DNA from: Elusimicrobiota bacterium
Lineage (GTDB): Bacteria > Elusimicrobiota > Elusimicrobia > UBA1565
Assembly (NCBI GenBank): GCA_043827405.1
Contig: JBDRPD010000053.1
Coordinates: 1 to 64,000, forward strand
Length of the DNA stretch: 64,000 bases
Direction: 5' to 3'
A program made the translations under genes and the position numbers. The notes under the pieces were generated by a model. It did not search any database, was not told where the DNA came from, and was given only the letters and a program-made list of their open reading frames with translations. This document shows positions 28,270-37,937 of the stretch, one piece after another; positions within the stretch are counted from its first letter, which is position 1, and each line of letters begins with the position of its first letter.

Positions 28270-29089
28270 AGACATGGTCGTGCTCTTTTCGGGCGGGACG
28301 GACTCCACTTTGGCCGCCGCGCTGGCGGCGGAGAGCGGCCGCAAAATCCACCTGGTCACCTACGATCGTTTCGGGCTGTACTCCACCGGCAATACGCGGC
28401 GCGCGGCGCAAGGGCTGAGCGAGAAGTTCGGCGCGGATAAAGTCACCCATACGGTCCTGCGCTATGACGGCCTATTCCGCCATGCCTCCTACGAGCGCTA
28501 TCTGTCGAACCTGACGCGGCACGGCTTCTTCGTCCTTTCCACCTGCGGCTTATGCAAGCTCGCCATGCATATCCGCACCATCGTCTATTGCCTCGATCAT
28601 GGGTTCAAGAACGTCTGCGACGGAGCGAATAAAGGGATGGACCTTTTCCCCGCGCAGATGGACTGCGTCATCGACGAGCTCAAGAAGCTCTACGCCCGCT
28701 TCGGGATCGCCTATACCAACCCGGTATTCGATTATGAGCCGCCCGCCGAGGACGGCTTTCTCGAAAAGGACAACCTGGCGCTGATCAAGCCGGCGCAGGA
28801 GGAGCCCCGCGCGGACGGAGAGAAGACCGCCGGCCGCCGCCTGCGCGAGCTGGGGCTGGCGCCGGCCGACAATATCAAGGGAACCGCGTACGACCGCGAG
28901 CGGCAGCCCCGCTGCTTCCAATTCATCCTGTTCAACGTCTTCGCCAAAAAGTACTATCTCGCGTCCCATTCGCTGGAGGAGTACCGGGAAGCGACGCTGG
29001 GCTTTTTCCGGGACAAGATCAGCCGCTACGCGGCGCTGCTGCTGGAATACCGGGAGTCCGGGGCGCATAAGGACATACTGAAATCCTAG
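28259..29089 (+). CDS. PP-loop protein with CxxC (paralogue of 1685)
   Basis: VLFSGGTDS, TCGLCKLAMH, DGA, QPRCFQ. Confidence 0.75.
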   Translation: MPAEDMVVLFSGGTDSTLAAALAAESGRKIHLVTYDRFGLYSTGNTRRAAQGLSEKFGADKVTHTVLRYDGLFRHASYERYLSNLTRHGFFVLSTCGLCKLAMHIRTIVYCLDHGFKNVCDGANKGMDLFPAQMDCVIDELKKLYARFGIAYTNPVFDYEPPAEDGFLEKDNLALIKPAQEEPRADGEKTAGRRLRELGLAPADNIKGTAYDRERQPRCFQFILFNVFAKKYYLASHSLEEYREATLGFFRDKISRYAALLLEYRESGAHKDILKS

Positions 29090-29097
29090 AGAGCTCA

Positions 29098-29460
29098 ATG
29101 AGCGTATTTGAAACCGGCTGCTGCGGCGCGGACTTCCGCAGCGAGCGCGTAACCTTCACCGGGCTGTGGACGCTGTCGGTGCCCCTGATCTACTTGACGG
29201 CGCCGGCGTCCGCCCTGGGCCCGCTCCTCGGCCGCGGCCGGACGCGCCGCTTCATCGACATCCTGCTGCGGGCGAATATGGACCTGATCCGGAGAGCGAC
29301 GCTCATCCCCGGCCTGCGCTGCGCGCTGGCGGGAGCGCTTTACCCGCTGTCGCCGCGGCTTTCCGGCTTCGCCTACAAGCACTTCAACTTCACTTTACTC
29401 TCTTTGCTGTGGGCCGTCGTCCTGGCCGTCATTTTCCTCCTGGCGCGGCCGCGCGGATGA
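29098..29460 (+). CDS. Hypothetical membrane protein
   Basis: In operon; ATGA overlap with the next gene; hydrophobic C-terminus. Confidence 0.6.
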   Translation: MSVFETGCCGADFRSERVTFTGLWTLSVPLIYLTAPASALGPLLGRGRTRRFIDILLRANMDLIRRATLIPGLRCALAGALYPLSPRLSGFAYKHFNFTLLSLLWAVVLAVIFLLARPRG

Positions 29461-30671
29461 GCGCCGCGGACAGCGAACGCCTGCGCGCCGATTTCCCCTC
29501 GCTGCAGGCCGCCGGCGGAAAGCGCCCCGTCTATTTCGACAACGCCTGCACCACGCTGCGGCCGCTGCAGGTCGTCGAGGAGATGAACGAGTACTACCTG
29601 CGCCATCCCTCCTGCCACAAGCGTTCGGTGCACGCCTTCGGCCGGATGACCGACGAGAAGTTCGAGGCCGCGCGCGAAGCCGCGCGCGCCTTCATCAACG
29701 CGGAGCATGCCTCCGAGATCATATTCACCCGCAACACGACCGAGGGGATCAACCTGATCGCCGGCTCCTACCCGTTCAAGGAAGGCGACACGGTGGTGAC
29801 CACCGATCTCGAACACAATTCCAACCTGATCCCGTGGCGCGCGCTGGGGGAACGCAAGGGCGTCCGGCTCACGACGGTGCCGGTGGGACCGGACGGGAAT
29901 TTCGACCTGGACGCATTGCGCGCCGCGCTGCGCGGCGGCGTCAAGCTGGTCAGCGTGTTTTCGCATTCCCACGTCCTGGGAATCGCCGCGCCGCTGGCCG
30001 AGATCGCGCGCCTGACGCACGCGGCCGGCGGCAAGCTGCTGGTGGACGCGGCGCAGACGCCGCTGCATGAAAAGCTGGACGTGCGCGCGCTCGCCGCCGA
30101 TTTCCTCGTTCTCTCCTTCCACAAGATGCTCGGGCCGTCGGGGATGGGCCTGCTTTACGGCCGGCGCGCGCTGCTGGAAGAGCTGCCGCAGTTTTTGACC
30201 GGCGGCGAGACCGTCGAGGACGTCGACGACCGCGGCTATGTCCCCGCCGCGGTGCCGCACCGCTTCGAAGCCGGGCTGCAGAACTACGCCGGCGCCATGG
30301 GCGCGCACGCCGCGATCCGCTACCTCGACCGCGTCGGCTTTTGCCGCCGGGAGCACGAGATCGAGCTCAACGAAATCATCACCGAAGGCCTCGCCGGCCT
30401 GGACCGCTTCCGCCTGCTCGGCCCCCGCGACCCGCGGCGGCGCGGCTCGATCGTCAACTTTTACCTCGACGGCATGGATTCCGGCGAGCTGTCGATCCTC
30501 CTCGACAAGACCGAGAGCATAATGACGCGCAGCGGCGTCCACTGCTGCCATGCCTGGTACCGCAAGTACCGCCTGCCGCCGACGCTGCGCGCCTCGCTGG
30601 CGTTCTACAATACGCGGGAAGAGGCGGAGCTCTTCGTCCGCACCCTGAAGAACGTCAGCGACTATTTCTGA
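29457..30671 (+). CDS. Cysteine desulfurase, SufS/class V aminotransferase family
   Basis: YFDNACTT, FTRNTTEGIN, EHNSN, DAAQ, SFHKMLGP, RSGVHCC, RASLAFYNT; ATG 29457. Confidence 0.92.
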   Translation: MSAADSERLRADFPSLQAAGGKRPVYFDNACTTLRPLQVVEEMNEYYLRHPSCHKRSVHAFGRMTDEKFEAAREAARAFINAEHASEIIFTRNTTEGINLIAGSYPFKEGDTVVTTDLEHNSNLIPWRALGERKGVRLTTVPVGPDGNFDLDALRAALRGGVKLVSVFSHSHVLGIAAPLAEIARLTHAAGGKLLVDAAQTPLHEKLDVRALAADFLVLSFHKMLGPSGMGLLYGRRALLEELPQFLTGGETVEDVDDRGYVPAAVPHRFEAGLQNYAGAMGAHAAIRYLDRVGFCRREHEIELNEIITEGLAGLDRFRLLGPRDPRRRGSIVNFYLDGMDSGELSILLDKTESIMTRSGVHCCHAWYRKYRLPPTLRASLAFYNTREEAELFVRTLKNVSDYF

Positions 30672-31858
30672 TTGCGCAGCAGGCGCGCGAGCTCGTCGGC
30701 GATGACCCGATGGCCGGCGGCGTTGGGATGGATGGTGTCGGAGTTCCGATCGACGAAAAGGTACTCGTCCGGGTGCCGGCCGAACGCCGCCGCCGCGTCC
30801 GCCAGCGGCACGCCGAGCTCGCGGCCGAGCTCTTCCATGGCCGCGTTGTAGCGGACGGCGTCGCGGGCGCAGCGGCGCGACTCCGCTTCCTTGACCCGGC
30901 GAAAATGCTCGGCGGCGTCCTTGCTCCGCCCCAGCCTGCGCGCGCACTCGCCCAGGTAGTAGTGCGCCCGGCCGAGATGAGGATCGGCTTCCAGAGCCTG
31001 GCGGAAGGCTTCGGCGGCGGCGCGGCAGTCGCCCTTGTCCATGAGCGTACGCCCCGCCCGCAGGCTGCCGCGGGCGAACTCCGGATCGGCGGGATCTTTT
31101 CCCCGCGGCAGGTTCACCGGCATCTTGACGAAGACCGGCTCGGCGCCGCGCTCGCGGACCAGTTCGACCAGGCGCTTGAGGTTGGCGCGATAATCTTCCA
31201 GCGATACGCGCACCTCGCCGGGGCAAGCCGTCTTTGCGCCGCGCCGCAGCAGCCGCCGCAATAGCCGATACAAGGCCAGCCGCGACACCGCGCCGCGCGC
31301 CGCCGTCAGCGCCCCCGGCGCCGGCCGCAGCGCCTTATCCGGCCCGCCGCCGCTGCGAAAGAAGCGGTAGGAGTCGACGTCGTTGATGACGTAGGCGATA
31401 GTGACGATGTCCGGGCGCAGCCGGTCCCAGTAGCGCTTGAGAAAGCCGAGCCCTTGGTGGGTCGAGTAGCCGATGATCCCGCCGTTGACGACCTCGGCCG
31501 CCAGCAGCTCCCGCAGAAGGGCCGCGTACGTCGCGTCCGCGGGCACGCCCCAGCCGAAAGTCGGCGAGGCGCCCAAGGCCAGGACACGCACCCGGCCGGA
31601 CCCGCGCGGCGCCGCGGCCAGCCGCAGCCCCAGGTCGTCGGTGGCCACCGCGGTGCCGAAGAAGTCCGCGCGCAGGCGGGGCTTCTGCGTCCACAGCAGC
31701 TCGGAATCCGGCCGCAGCAGCGCCAGGATATTGTCCAGCCGCGTCGCGGGGACGACGCAGCGCAGCCCCAGCTCCGCCGCGGCGAGCGCCAGCACGCCGA
31801 CGAGACAGGCGGCGAGGCGGAGGATGTACGGACCGGCAACTGGGGGTTTGCGCGGCAT
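30662..31858 (-). CDS. Membrane-anchored SGNH hydrolase-family protein with TPR insertion (same architecture as 307)
   Basis: LGASPTFGWG, NGGIIGYS, INDV, DTIHPNAAGH; TPR segment. Confidence 0.85.
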   Translation of the reverse strand: MPRKPPVAGPYILRLAACLVGVLALAAAELGLRCVVPATRLDNILALLRPDSELLWTQKPRLRADFFGTAVATDDLGLRLAAAPRGSGRVRVLALGASPTFGWGVPADATYAALLRELLAAEVVNGGIIGYSTHQGLGFLKRYWDRLRPDIVTIAYVINDVDSYRFFRSGGGPDKALRPAPGALTAARGAVSRLALYRLLRRLLRRGAKTACPGEVRVSLEDYRANLKRLVELVRERGAEPVFVKMPVNLPRGKDPADPEFARGSLRAGRTLMDKGDCRAAAEAFRQALEADPHLGRAHYYLGECARRLGRSKDAAEHFRRVKEAESRRCARDAVRYNAAMEELGRELGVPLADAAAAFGRHPDEYLFVDRNSDTIHPNAAGHRVIADELARLLRNQK

Positions 31859-31917
31859 GATCGTCCTATTATACCCTTTAGTGTTCTATCCTCAGAACGC
31901 CGCACCTATTAGGGAAA

Positions 31918-34900
31918 ATGTTACACAAGCGACTACTGCCGGCGCTTATTATCGCCCTGTTGATGCCCGGCCGGACGCCCGCGGCGTCCGCCGAACCGCA
32001 GCCCGCGGTGTGGCGCGGACATGCCGGCGGGGTGACTGCGGCGGTCTTCTCGCCCGACGGCGAAACCGTGCTGTCGGTCGGCAGCGACGACGCGCTCAAG
32101 CTGTGGGATGTGCGCACCGGTACGGTGCGCGCGAGCTGGGACGAGAGCGCGCTGGAGGTGGACGCCCTCGCCTTCACGCCGGACGGCAAGACGATCCTCG
32201 CGGCGGGAAGAGATCACTCCCTGCTGCTGCTCGACGCGGCGACCGGCGCCGAGCGCGCCGCGCTGCGCGGACACTACGGGGCGATCCGCGCCATCGCCCT
32301 GTCTCCCGACGGACAAACCGCGGCGACGGCATCCTTCTACGGAGCGATCAAGCTCTGGGACCTGCGGACCAAAAGCGAGCTCGCGACCCTGCACCATGGC
32401 CCCGATGCCGGCGCGGTCTGTCTCGCCTTCTCGCCGGACGGGCGGCGCCTGGTCTCCGGCATGTGGCATAAGGTGCTCTGGGTATGGGACGTCGGCCGGC
32501 GCGAACGGATCGCGGTGCTCAAGGGGCATACCGGCCGCGTGCTGTCCGTCGCCTTCTCGCCGGACGGGAAAAAGCTCCTTTCCGGCGGCCGCGACACCAC
32601 GCTCCGGCTGTGGGACGCGGACAGCGGCGCGGCGCTCGGAGTGTGGCGGGGACATACCAGCCATGTCAATTCCGTCGCCTTCTCGCCCGACGGCCGCACC
32701 GCGCTTTCGGGCGGCTCCGACTATACGCTCAGGAAATGGGACACGGCGACGGGCCGGACGCTCGCCGTATGGCGCGGGCATCAGGGCGACGTGCGCAGCG
32801 TCGCCTTCTCCCCGGACGGCGCGCTCGCCGTCTCGACGAGCGAGGACCGCACGCTCTGGGTGTGGAAAACGGACGGCGCCGCGGGAGCGGCCGCGCCCTC
32901 AACGCCGGGCTTCACGCCCGTCCCGCCGGCGGGCGAAAATCCGGAAGCCTGGCTGGGCCGCCTGCTCTTTTTCGACCGCCGGCTTTCCGGCAACTCGAGC
33001 CTTTCCTGCGCCTCCTGCCATGACCCGCGGCGGGCCTTCACGGACGAGCAGGCGCTTTCCGACGGCTATCCCGATACGCTGTATTTCCGCAACACCCCCA
33101 CGCTCATCAATGCCGCGAAGCAAAAGCACCTGTACTGGGACGGCCGCTTCCCCGGCGACGATATGCCGTCCCTCATCCGGGACCATATCTCGGAAGCGCA
33201 CTTCATGAACGCCGACGGCCGGCTGCTCGTCGAGAAGCTCCGCCAGGCCCCCGGCTACGTTCAGCTGTTCCAGCAGGTCTACGGGGCGGAGCCCTCATAC
33301 GGCAAGCTCCTCGAAGCGCTCACCGCCTTTGTCCGCACGCTCAACTCCGCCGCCGCCCCGTATGACCGGGACGCGCTGACGCCCGCCGCCCGCCGGGGCC
33401 TGGCGCTCTTCACCGGCGACGCCGGCTGCGCGCGCTGCCACCCCCCGCCCCGGTTTACCGATGGGATGCTGCACCGCCGCGGAGTTCCGGAAAACAGCGC
33501 CGTCTTCGCCCAGCCGCGCCGCCACATCTCGTTTCGACGCTTTTTCAAAATGCTCGGGGTCGACGACTACCCGGCGCTGCGCGCCGACCCCGGCCTCTAT
33601 GCCGTCACCAAGCGCGCCGCGGACCGGGGCCGGTTCAAAACGCCGTCGCTGCGCGAGAGCGCGCGGACCGCGCCCTATATGCACAACGGCGTGTTTGCGA
33701 CCCTCGCCGCGGCGGTCCGGCACGAGGATCCGCGCCTCAGCGACGGCCAGGTCGGAGATATCGTCGCCTTCCTCGAATCCCTTTCCAGCGCGACGCCGGC
33801 CTATGCGCCGCCCCTGCTGCCGGAATTCGGCTTAAGAGATAAACGCCCCGCGGTTCCGGCGCCGGAGGCTCCCGCCCGCGCCGCGGCGGCGGCGCACGAG
33901 TTTCCCCCCTTGGCGCCGCTTCCCCCGGTCCCCGTACCCGAGGATAATCCGCTGACGCCGGAAAAGATCGCACTGGGCGGCATGCTGTTTCATGATTTTC
34001 GCATCGCGGGCGACGGCGAGACCTACTGCATGGCCTGCCATGAGCCCGCCATGGGCTGGGGCGACAGCAACGACGTGTCGCAGGGACATGCGGGCTCCCT
34101 GGACTGGCGCAACACCCAGACCTTGCTTAACGCCGCCTACTATTCGAAGCTTAACTGGGACGGCGCCAAGATCAGCCTTGAGGAGCAGGCCCGCAGCGCC
34201 ATCACCTCGAACCTCTCCGGCAACGGCGACATGGTCATGATCGAGGAGCGTCTGGCCCAGGTGCCGGAATTTGTCGAGCACTTCAAGCGGGCTTTCGGCA
34301 TCGAGCGCCCGAACTTTGAGAGCGTGCTCAAGGCGCTGGCCTCCTTCATTCGCGCCGTTCCGCTGTCGCGCGGCGTACCCTTCGACGCCTACATGAAAGG
34401 CGATACCTCGGCGCTGTCCGCCGCCGCGGTGCGCGGCCGGCGGCTTTTCGCGGGCAAGGCCGGCTGCATCCAGTGCCACAACGGCGCCCTGGTCTCCGAT
34501 CAGGACTTCCACGCGACCGGCGTCCCGGGAAATCCCGCCTTCGACCATATCGCGCTGCGCTTCCAGCATGCCATCCACGGGGTTCCGGAAGCGGTTTACC
34601 GCGACGCCGATGCCGATAGCGGACTATACCTCGTTACCCAGCGCGCGGAGGACGCCGGCAAGTTCCGCACCCCGAGCCTGCGCGAGCTCAAGGTCACGGC
34701 GCCCTATATGCACAACGGCGTATTCGCGACGCTGGAGGAGGTCATCGAGTTCTACGATCAAGGCGGCGGCGCGACGCCCAACAAGAGCCCCCGCCTTAAG
34801 CCGCTCAAGCTCGCGCCGCAAGAGAAACAGGATCTGCTGGCCTTTCTGGAATCGCTCAGCGGAACGGAGACGCCGGCCGAGTACGCGATAGCGCCGGAGC

Positions 34901-34944
34901 CCGACTACATCACTTTCGACGGCCGCGGCCGCAGGGTCAAATGA
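31918..34944 (+). CDS. WD40 propeller + tandem di-haem cytochrome c peroxidase/MauG fusion, copy 1
   Basis: Signal peptide; ~7 GH..WD repeats; CASCH, CARCH, CMACH, CIQCH; two TPSLRE..TAPYMHNG. Confidence 0.93.
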   Translation: MLHKRLLPALIIALLMPGRTPAASAEPQPAVWRGHAGGVTAAVFSPDGETVLSVGSDDALKLWDVRTGTVRASWDESALEVDALAFTPDGKTILAAGRDHSLLLLDAATGAERAALRGHYGAIRAIALSPDGQTAATASFYGAIKLWDLRTKSELATLHHGPDAGAVCLAFSPDGRRLVSGMWHKVLWVWDVGRRERIAVLKGHTGRVLSVAFSPDGKKLLSGGRDTTLRLWDADSGAALGVWRGHTSHVNSVAFSPDGRTALSGGSDYTLRKWDTATGRTLAVWRGHQGDVRSVAFSPDGALAVSTSEDRTLWVWKTDGAAGAAAPSTPGFTPVPPAGENPEAWLGRLLFFDRRLSGNSSLSCASCHDPRRAFTDEQALSDGYPDTLYFRNTPTLINAAKQKHLYWDGRFPGDDMPSLIRDHISEAHFMNADGRLLVEKLRQAPGYVQLFQQVYGAEPSYGKLLEALTAFVRTLNSAAAPYDRDALTPAARRGLALFTGDAGCARCHPPPRFTDGMLHRRGVPENSAVFAQPRRHISFRRFFKMLGVDDYPALRADPGLYAVTKRAADRGRFKTPSLRESARTAPYMHNGVFATLAAAVRHEDPRLSDGQVGDIVAFLESLSSATPAYAPPLLPEFGLRDKRPAVPAPEAPARAAAAAHEFPPLAPLPPVPVPEDNPLTPEKIALGGMLFHDFRIAGDGETYCMACHEPAMGWGDSNDVSQGHAGSLDWRNTQTLLNAAYYSKLNWDGAKISLEEQARSAITSNLSGNGDMVMIEERLAQVPEFVEHFKRAFGIERPNFESVLKALASFIRAVPLSRGVPFDAYMKGDTSALSAAAVRGRRLFAGKAGCIQCHNGALVSDQDFHATGVPGNPAFDHIALRFQHAIHGVPEAVYRDADADSGLYLVTQRAEDAGKFRTPSLRELKVTAPYMHNGVFATLEEVIEFYDQGGGATPNKSPRLKPLKLAPQEKQDLLAFLESLSGTETPAEYAIAPEPDYITFDGRGRRVK

Positions 34945-37937
34945 AGCTGAGCTATATCCTCGCGTTGGTCCTGACCGCGGCCGCGACCGCCGAAGAGGCG
35001 CCGCCCGGCATGGTCCTGCGCGGACACACCGATGACGTCAGCGCCGCGGTGTTCACCCCGGACGGCGCCGCCATCCTCTCGGTCGGCGGCGACGACACTT
35101 TGCGCCTGTGGGACGCCGCGACCGGAGCGTCCCGCGCCGTTTGGAAAGCGCCGGAAGGCGAAGCGGATGATCTGGCCATAACACCGGACGGCCGCACCGC
35201 GCTCTTGGCCGGAGCGGACGGCGCCCTGGTCCTCTGGGACCTGACGGCCGGGCGCCGCCTCGCCGCGCTCACCGGCCATAAGGAGCATATCCGCTCGATC
35301 GCGCTGTCGCCCGACGGGAGGCATGCCGCCACCACGTCGTTCGCCGGCGACCTCATCCTGTGGGACATCACGGCGCGCAAGCTGCTCGCGGTCCTGCATC
35401 CCGGACCGGGCGCGGGCGCCGTCTCCGCCGCTTTCTCCCCGGACGGCCGGAAGCTGGTCACCGGGATGTGGCATAAGGTGATCTGGGTATGGGACGTCGC
35501 CCGACGCGCCCGCATCGCGGAGTGGCCGGGGCATCAGGCCCGCGTCCTCGCCGTCGCCTTCTCGCCGGACGGCTCACGGGTCCTTTCGAGCGGCCGCGAC
35601 AATACCGTCCGGCTATGGGACGCGGAGAGCGGACAGCAGCTGGGAGCCTGGAAGGGACATGCCGGCAGCGTCAACGACGTAACCTTTTCACCGGACGGGA
35701 ACCGGGCGCTGTCGGCGGGGGCCGACGGTACGCTGCGGCTGTGGGACGCGGCGACGGGACGCGAACTCGCCGTCTGGCGGGGCCACCAGGCTCCCGTGCT
35801 GGAAGCGGCCTTCTCGCCGGACGGCAAGCGCGCGGTCTCGGCGAGCGAGGACGGAACGGTGCGTTTATGGGGCGACGCGCAAAGCCCTGAGCGCAGCGCG
35901 GGCGAGTACGCCGCGCCCGACGATGAAGCCGGCTTGGGCCGCCTGCTCTTCTTCGACCGCCGGCTGTCCGGAAACTCCGGCATCAGCTGCGCCACATGCC
36001 ATATCCCTGAACAAGCCTACAGCGACGGGCTGGCGCTGTCGGCGGGCTATCCCGATACCCGCTATTTCCGCAATACGCCGACCTTGCTCAATATCGCGGG
36101 GCAGAAGAATCTGTACTGGGACGGACGGTTTTCATCCGCTGATCTGCCGTCGCTGATGCGCGATCACATCTCGGAAGCGCACTTCATGAACGCCGACGGC
36201 CGCCTGATCGTCGAAAAGCTGCGCCAAGCGCCCGGCTACGTGCGGGCCTTCCAGAAGGTCTACGGGAGCGAACCGTCCTACTCCCGCCTGCTCGACGCCC
36301 TTGGCGCCTATGTCCGCTCGCTGCAATCCGCGCCGGCGCGCTATGACCTCTACCTGCGCGGCGACCCGACCGCCTTGCCGGCGGCGGCGCGCCGCGGCCT
36401 GGCGCTGTTCACCGGCGAAGCCGGCTGCGCGCGCTGCCACCGCGGGCCGCTGCTGACCGACGACAGCCTGCATGCCCGGCAGGTGCCGGAGAATCCGGAG
36501 ATACTCAAGGATCCTCTGCGCAGCATCACCTTCCGGCGCTTTTTCAAGCTGCTCGGGGTGGAAAACTACCAGCAGCTTAAACAGGACGTCGGGCTCTACG
36601 CCGTCAGCAAGCAGCCGCGCGACCGCGGGCGGTTCAAAACCCCGTCCCTGCGCGAGGTCGCGCGCACCGCGCCGTACATGCACAACGGCATATGCGAAAC
36701 GCTCGACGAGGCGGTCGCCTTCGAGAACCCGAACCTGAGCAAGCGCCAGCGGCGCGACATCGTCGCCTTCCTCGAGACGCTCTCCAGCGAGACGCCGCCG
36801 GCGGCGGCGCCCTCTTTGCCGGAGTATGCGCTGCTGAAGCTCGCCCGCGAAAGGCCGGCGGCGCGGCCGCAGCCGGCCGGCGGCGCGAAGCAGGCTCCGC
36901 CGCTCGCTCCTCTGCCGCCGGTACCGGTCCCCGAAGACAACCCCCTGACGCCGGTCAAAATAGAACTCGGCATCCGTCTGTTTCATGACCCGCGCCTGTC
37001 CGGAGACGGCCATACCCGCTGCATCACCTGCCATGAGCCCGCGATGGGCTGGGGCGACGGCAGCGCGCTCGCCCAGGGACACCCGGGAACGCTGCATTGG
37101 CGCAATGCCCAGACCCTGCTCAACGCCGCCTACCATACCCGCCTGGAATGGGACGGCGCGTGGCCCAGCCTGGAGGAGCAGGCCCGTCACGCCATCACCT
37201 CCAACCTCAACGGCAACGGCGATCCGGTCATGATCGAGGAGCGCTTGGCGCAGTCCCCGGGCTATGTCGAGCTGTTCCGCCGGGCCTTCGGCGTCGAGCG
37301 CCCGAACTTCGAAGGCGTGCTCAAAGCGCTGGCGTCATTTTTCCGCGGCGTCCTGGTATCCAAGAACGTCCCGTTCGACAACTACGCCCGCGGCGACGCG
37401 GCGGCGCTCGACGCGGCCGCCCGGCGGGGACTGACGCTGTTTCAAGGCAAGGCCGGCTGCCTGCGCTGCCATAACGGCCCGCTGGTTTCCGACGGCGAGT
37501 TTCACGCCACCGGGGTGCCGCGCAGCGCCGCGTTCGACGAGGTTCCGCTGCGCCAGGTCGCCCTGCGCTATCAGCACGCGGTCCGCGGCGCCCCCGAAGA
37601 GATGTACCGCGCCGCGGGCTCCGATCCCGGCCTGTATTTTATGACCCGGCGCGAGCTGGACATCGGCAAGTTCCGCACCCCGAGCCTGCGCGAGCTGAAA
37701 TACACCGCGCCCTATATGCACAACGGCGTTTTCAACTCGCTCGCGGAAGTCGTCGACTTCTACGACCGGGGCGGCGGCGAGGCGGCAAACAAAACGCCGC
37801 TGCTGCGGCCGCTGAGCCTGACGCCGGGCGAGAAGCGCGACCTCATCGCCTTCCTCGAATCCTTGAGCGGCGACGAGATCGCGGTCGGCTACCCCATCAC
37901 TCTGGGACCCTACTACGCGCCCGCGGAGGAACCGTGA
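34941..37937 (+). CDS. WD40-(CCP)2 fusion, copy 2
   Basis: ATGA overlap; CATCH, CARCH, CITCH, CLRCH. Confidence 0.93.
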   Translation: MKLSYILALVLTAAATAEEAPPGMVLRGHTDDVSAAVFTPDGAAILSVGGDDTLRLWDAATGASRAVWKAPEGEADDLAITPDGRTALLAGADGALVLWDLTAGRRLAALTGHKEHIRSIALSPDGRHAATTSFAGDLILWDITARKLLAVLHPGPGAGAVSAAFSPDGRKLVTGMWHKVIWVWDVARRARIAEWPGHQARVLAVAFSPDGSRVLSSGRDNTVRLWDAESGQQLGAWKGHAGSVNDVTFSPDGNRALSAGADGTLRLWDAATGRELAVWRGHQAPVLEAAFSPDGKRAVSASEDGTVRLWGDAQSPERSAGEYAAPDDEAGLGRLLFFDRRLSGNSGISCATCHIPEQAYSDGLALSAGYPDTRYFRNTPTLLNIAGQKNLYWDGRFSSADLPSLMRDHISEAHFMNADGRLIVEKLRQAPGYVRAFQKVYGSEPSYSRLLDALGAYVRSLQSAPARYDLYLRGDPTALPAAARRGLALFTGEAGCARCHRGPLLTDDSLHARQVPENPEILKDPLRSITFRRFFKLLGVENYQQLKQDVGLYAVSKQPRDRGRFKTPSLREVARTAPYMHNGICETLDEAVAFENPNLSKRQRRDIVAFLETLSSETPPAAAPSLPEYALLKLARERPAARPQPAGGAKQAPPLAPLPPVPVPEDNPLTPVKIELGIRLFHDPRLSGDGHTRCITCHEPAMGWGDGSALAQGHPGTLHWRNAQTLLNAAYHTRLEWDGAWPSLEEQARHAITSNLNGNGDPVMIEERLAQSPGYVELFRRAFGVERPNFEGVLKALASFFRGVLVSKNVPFDNYARGDAAALDAAARRGLTLFQGKAGCLRCHNGPLVSDGEFHATGVPRSAAFDEVPLRQVALRYQHAVRGAPEEMYRAAGSDPGLYFMTRRELDIGKFRTPSLRELKYTAPYMHNGVFNSLAEVVDFYDRGGGEAANKTPLLRPLSLTPGEKRDLIAFLESLSGDEIAVGYPITLGPYYAPAEEP

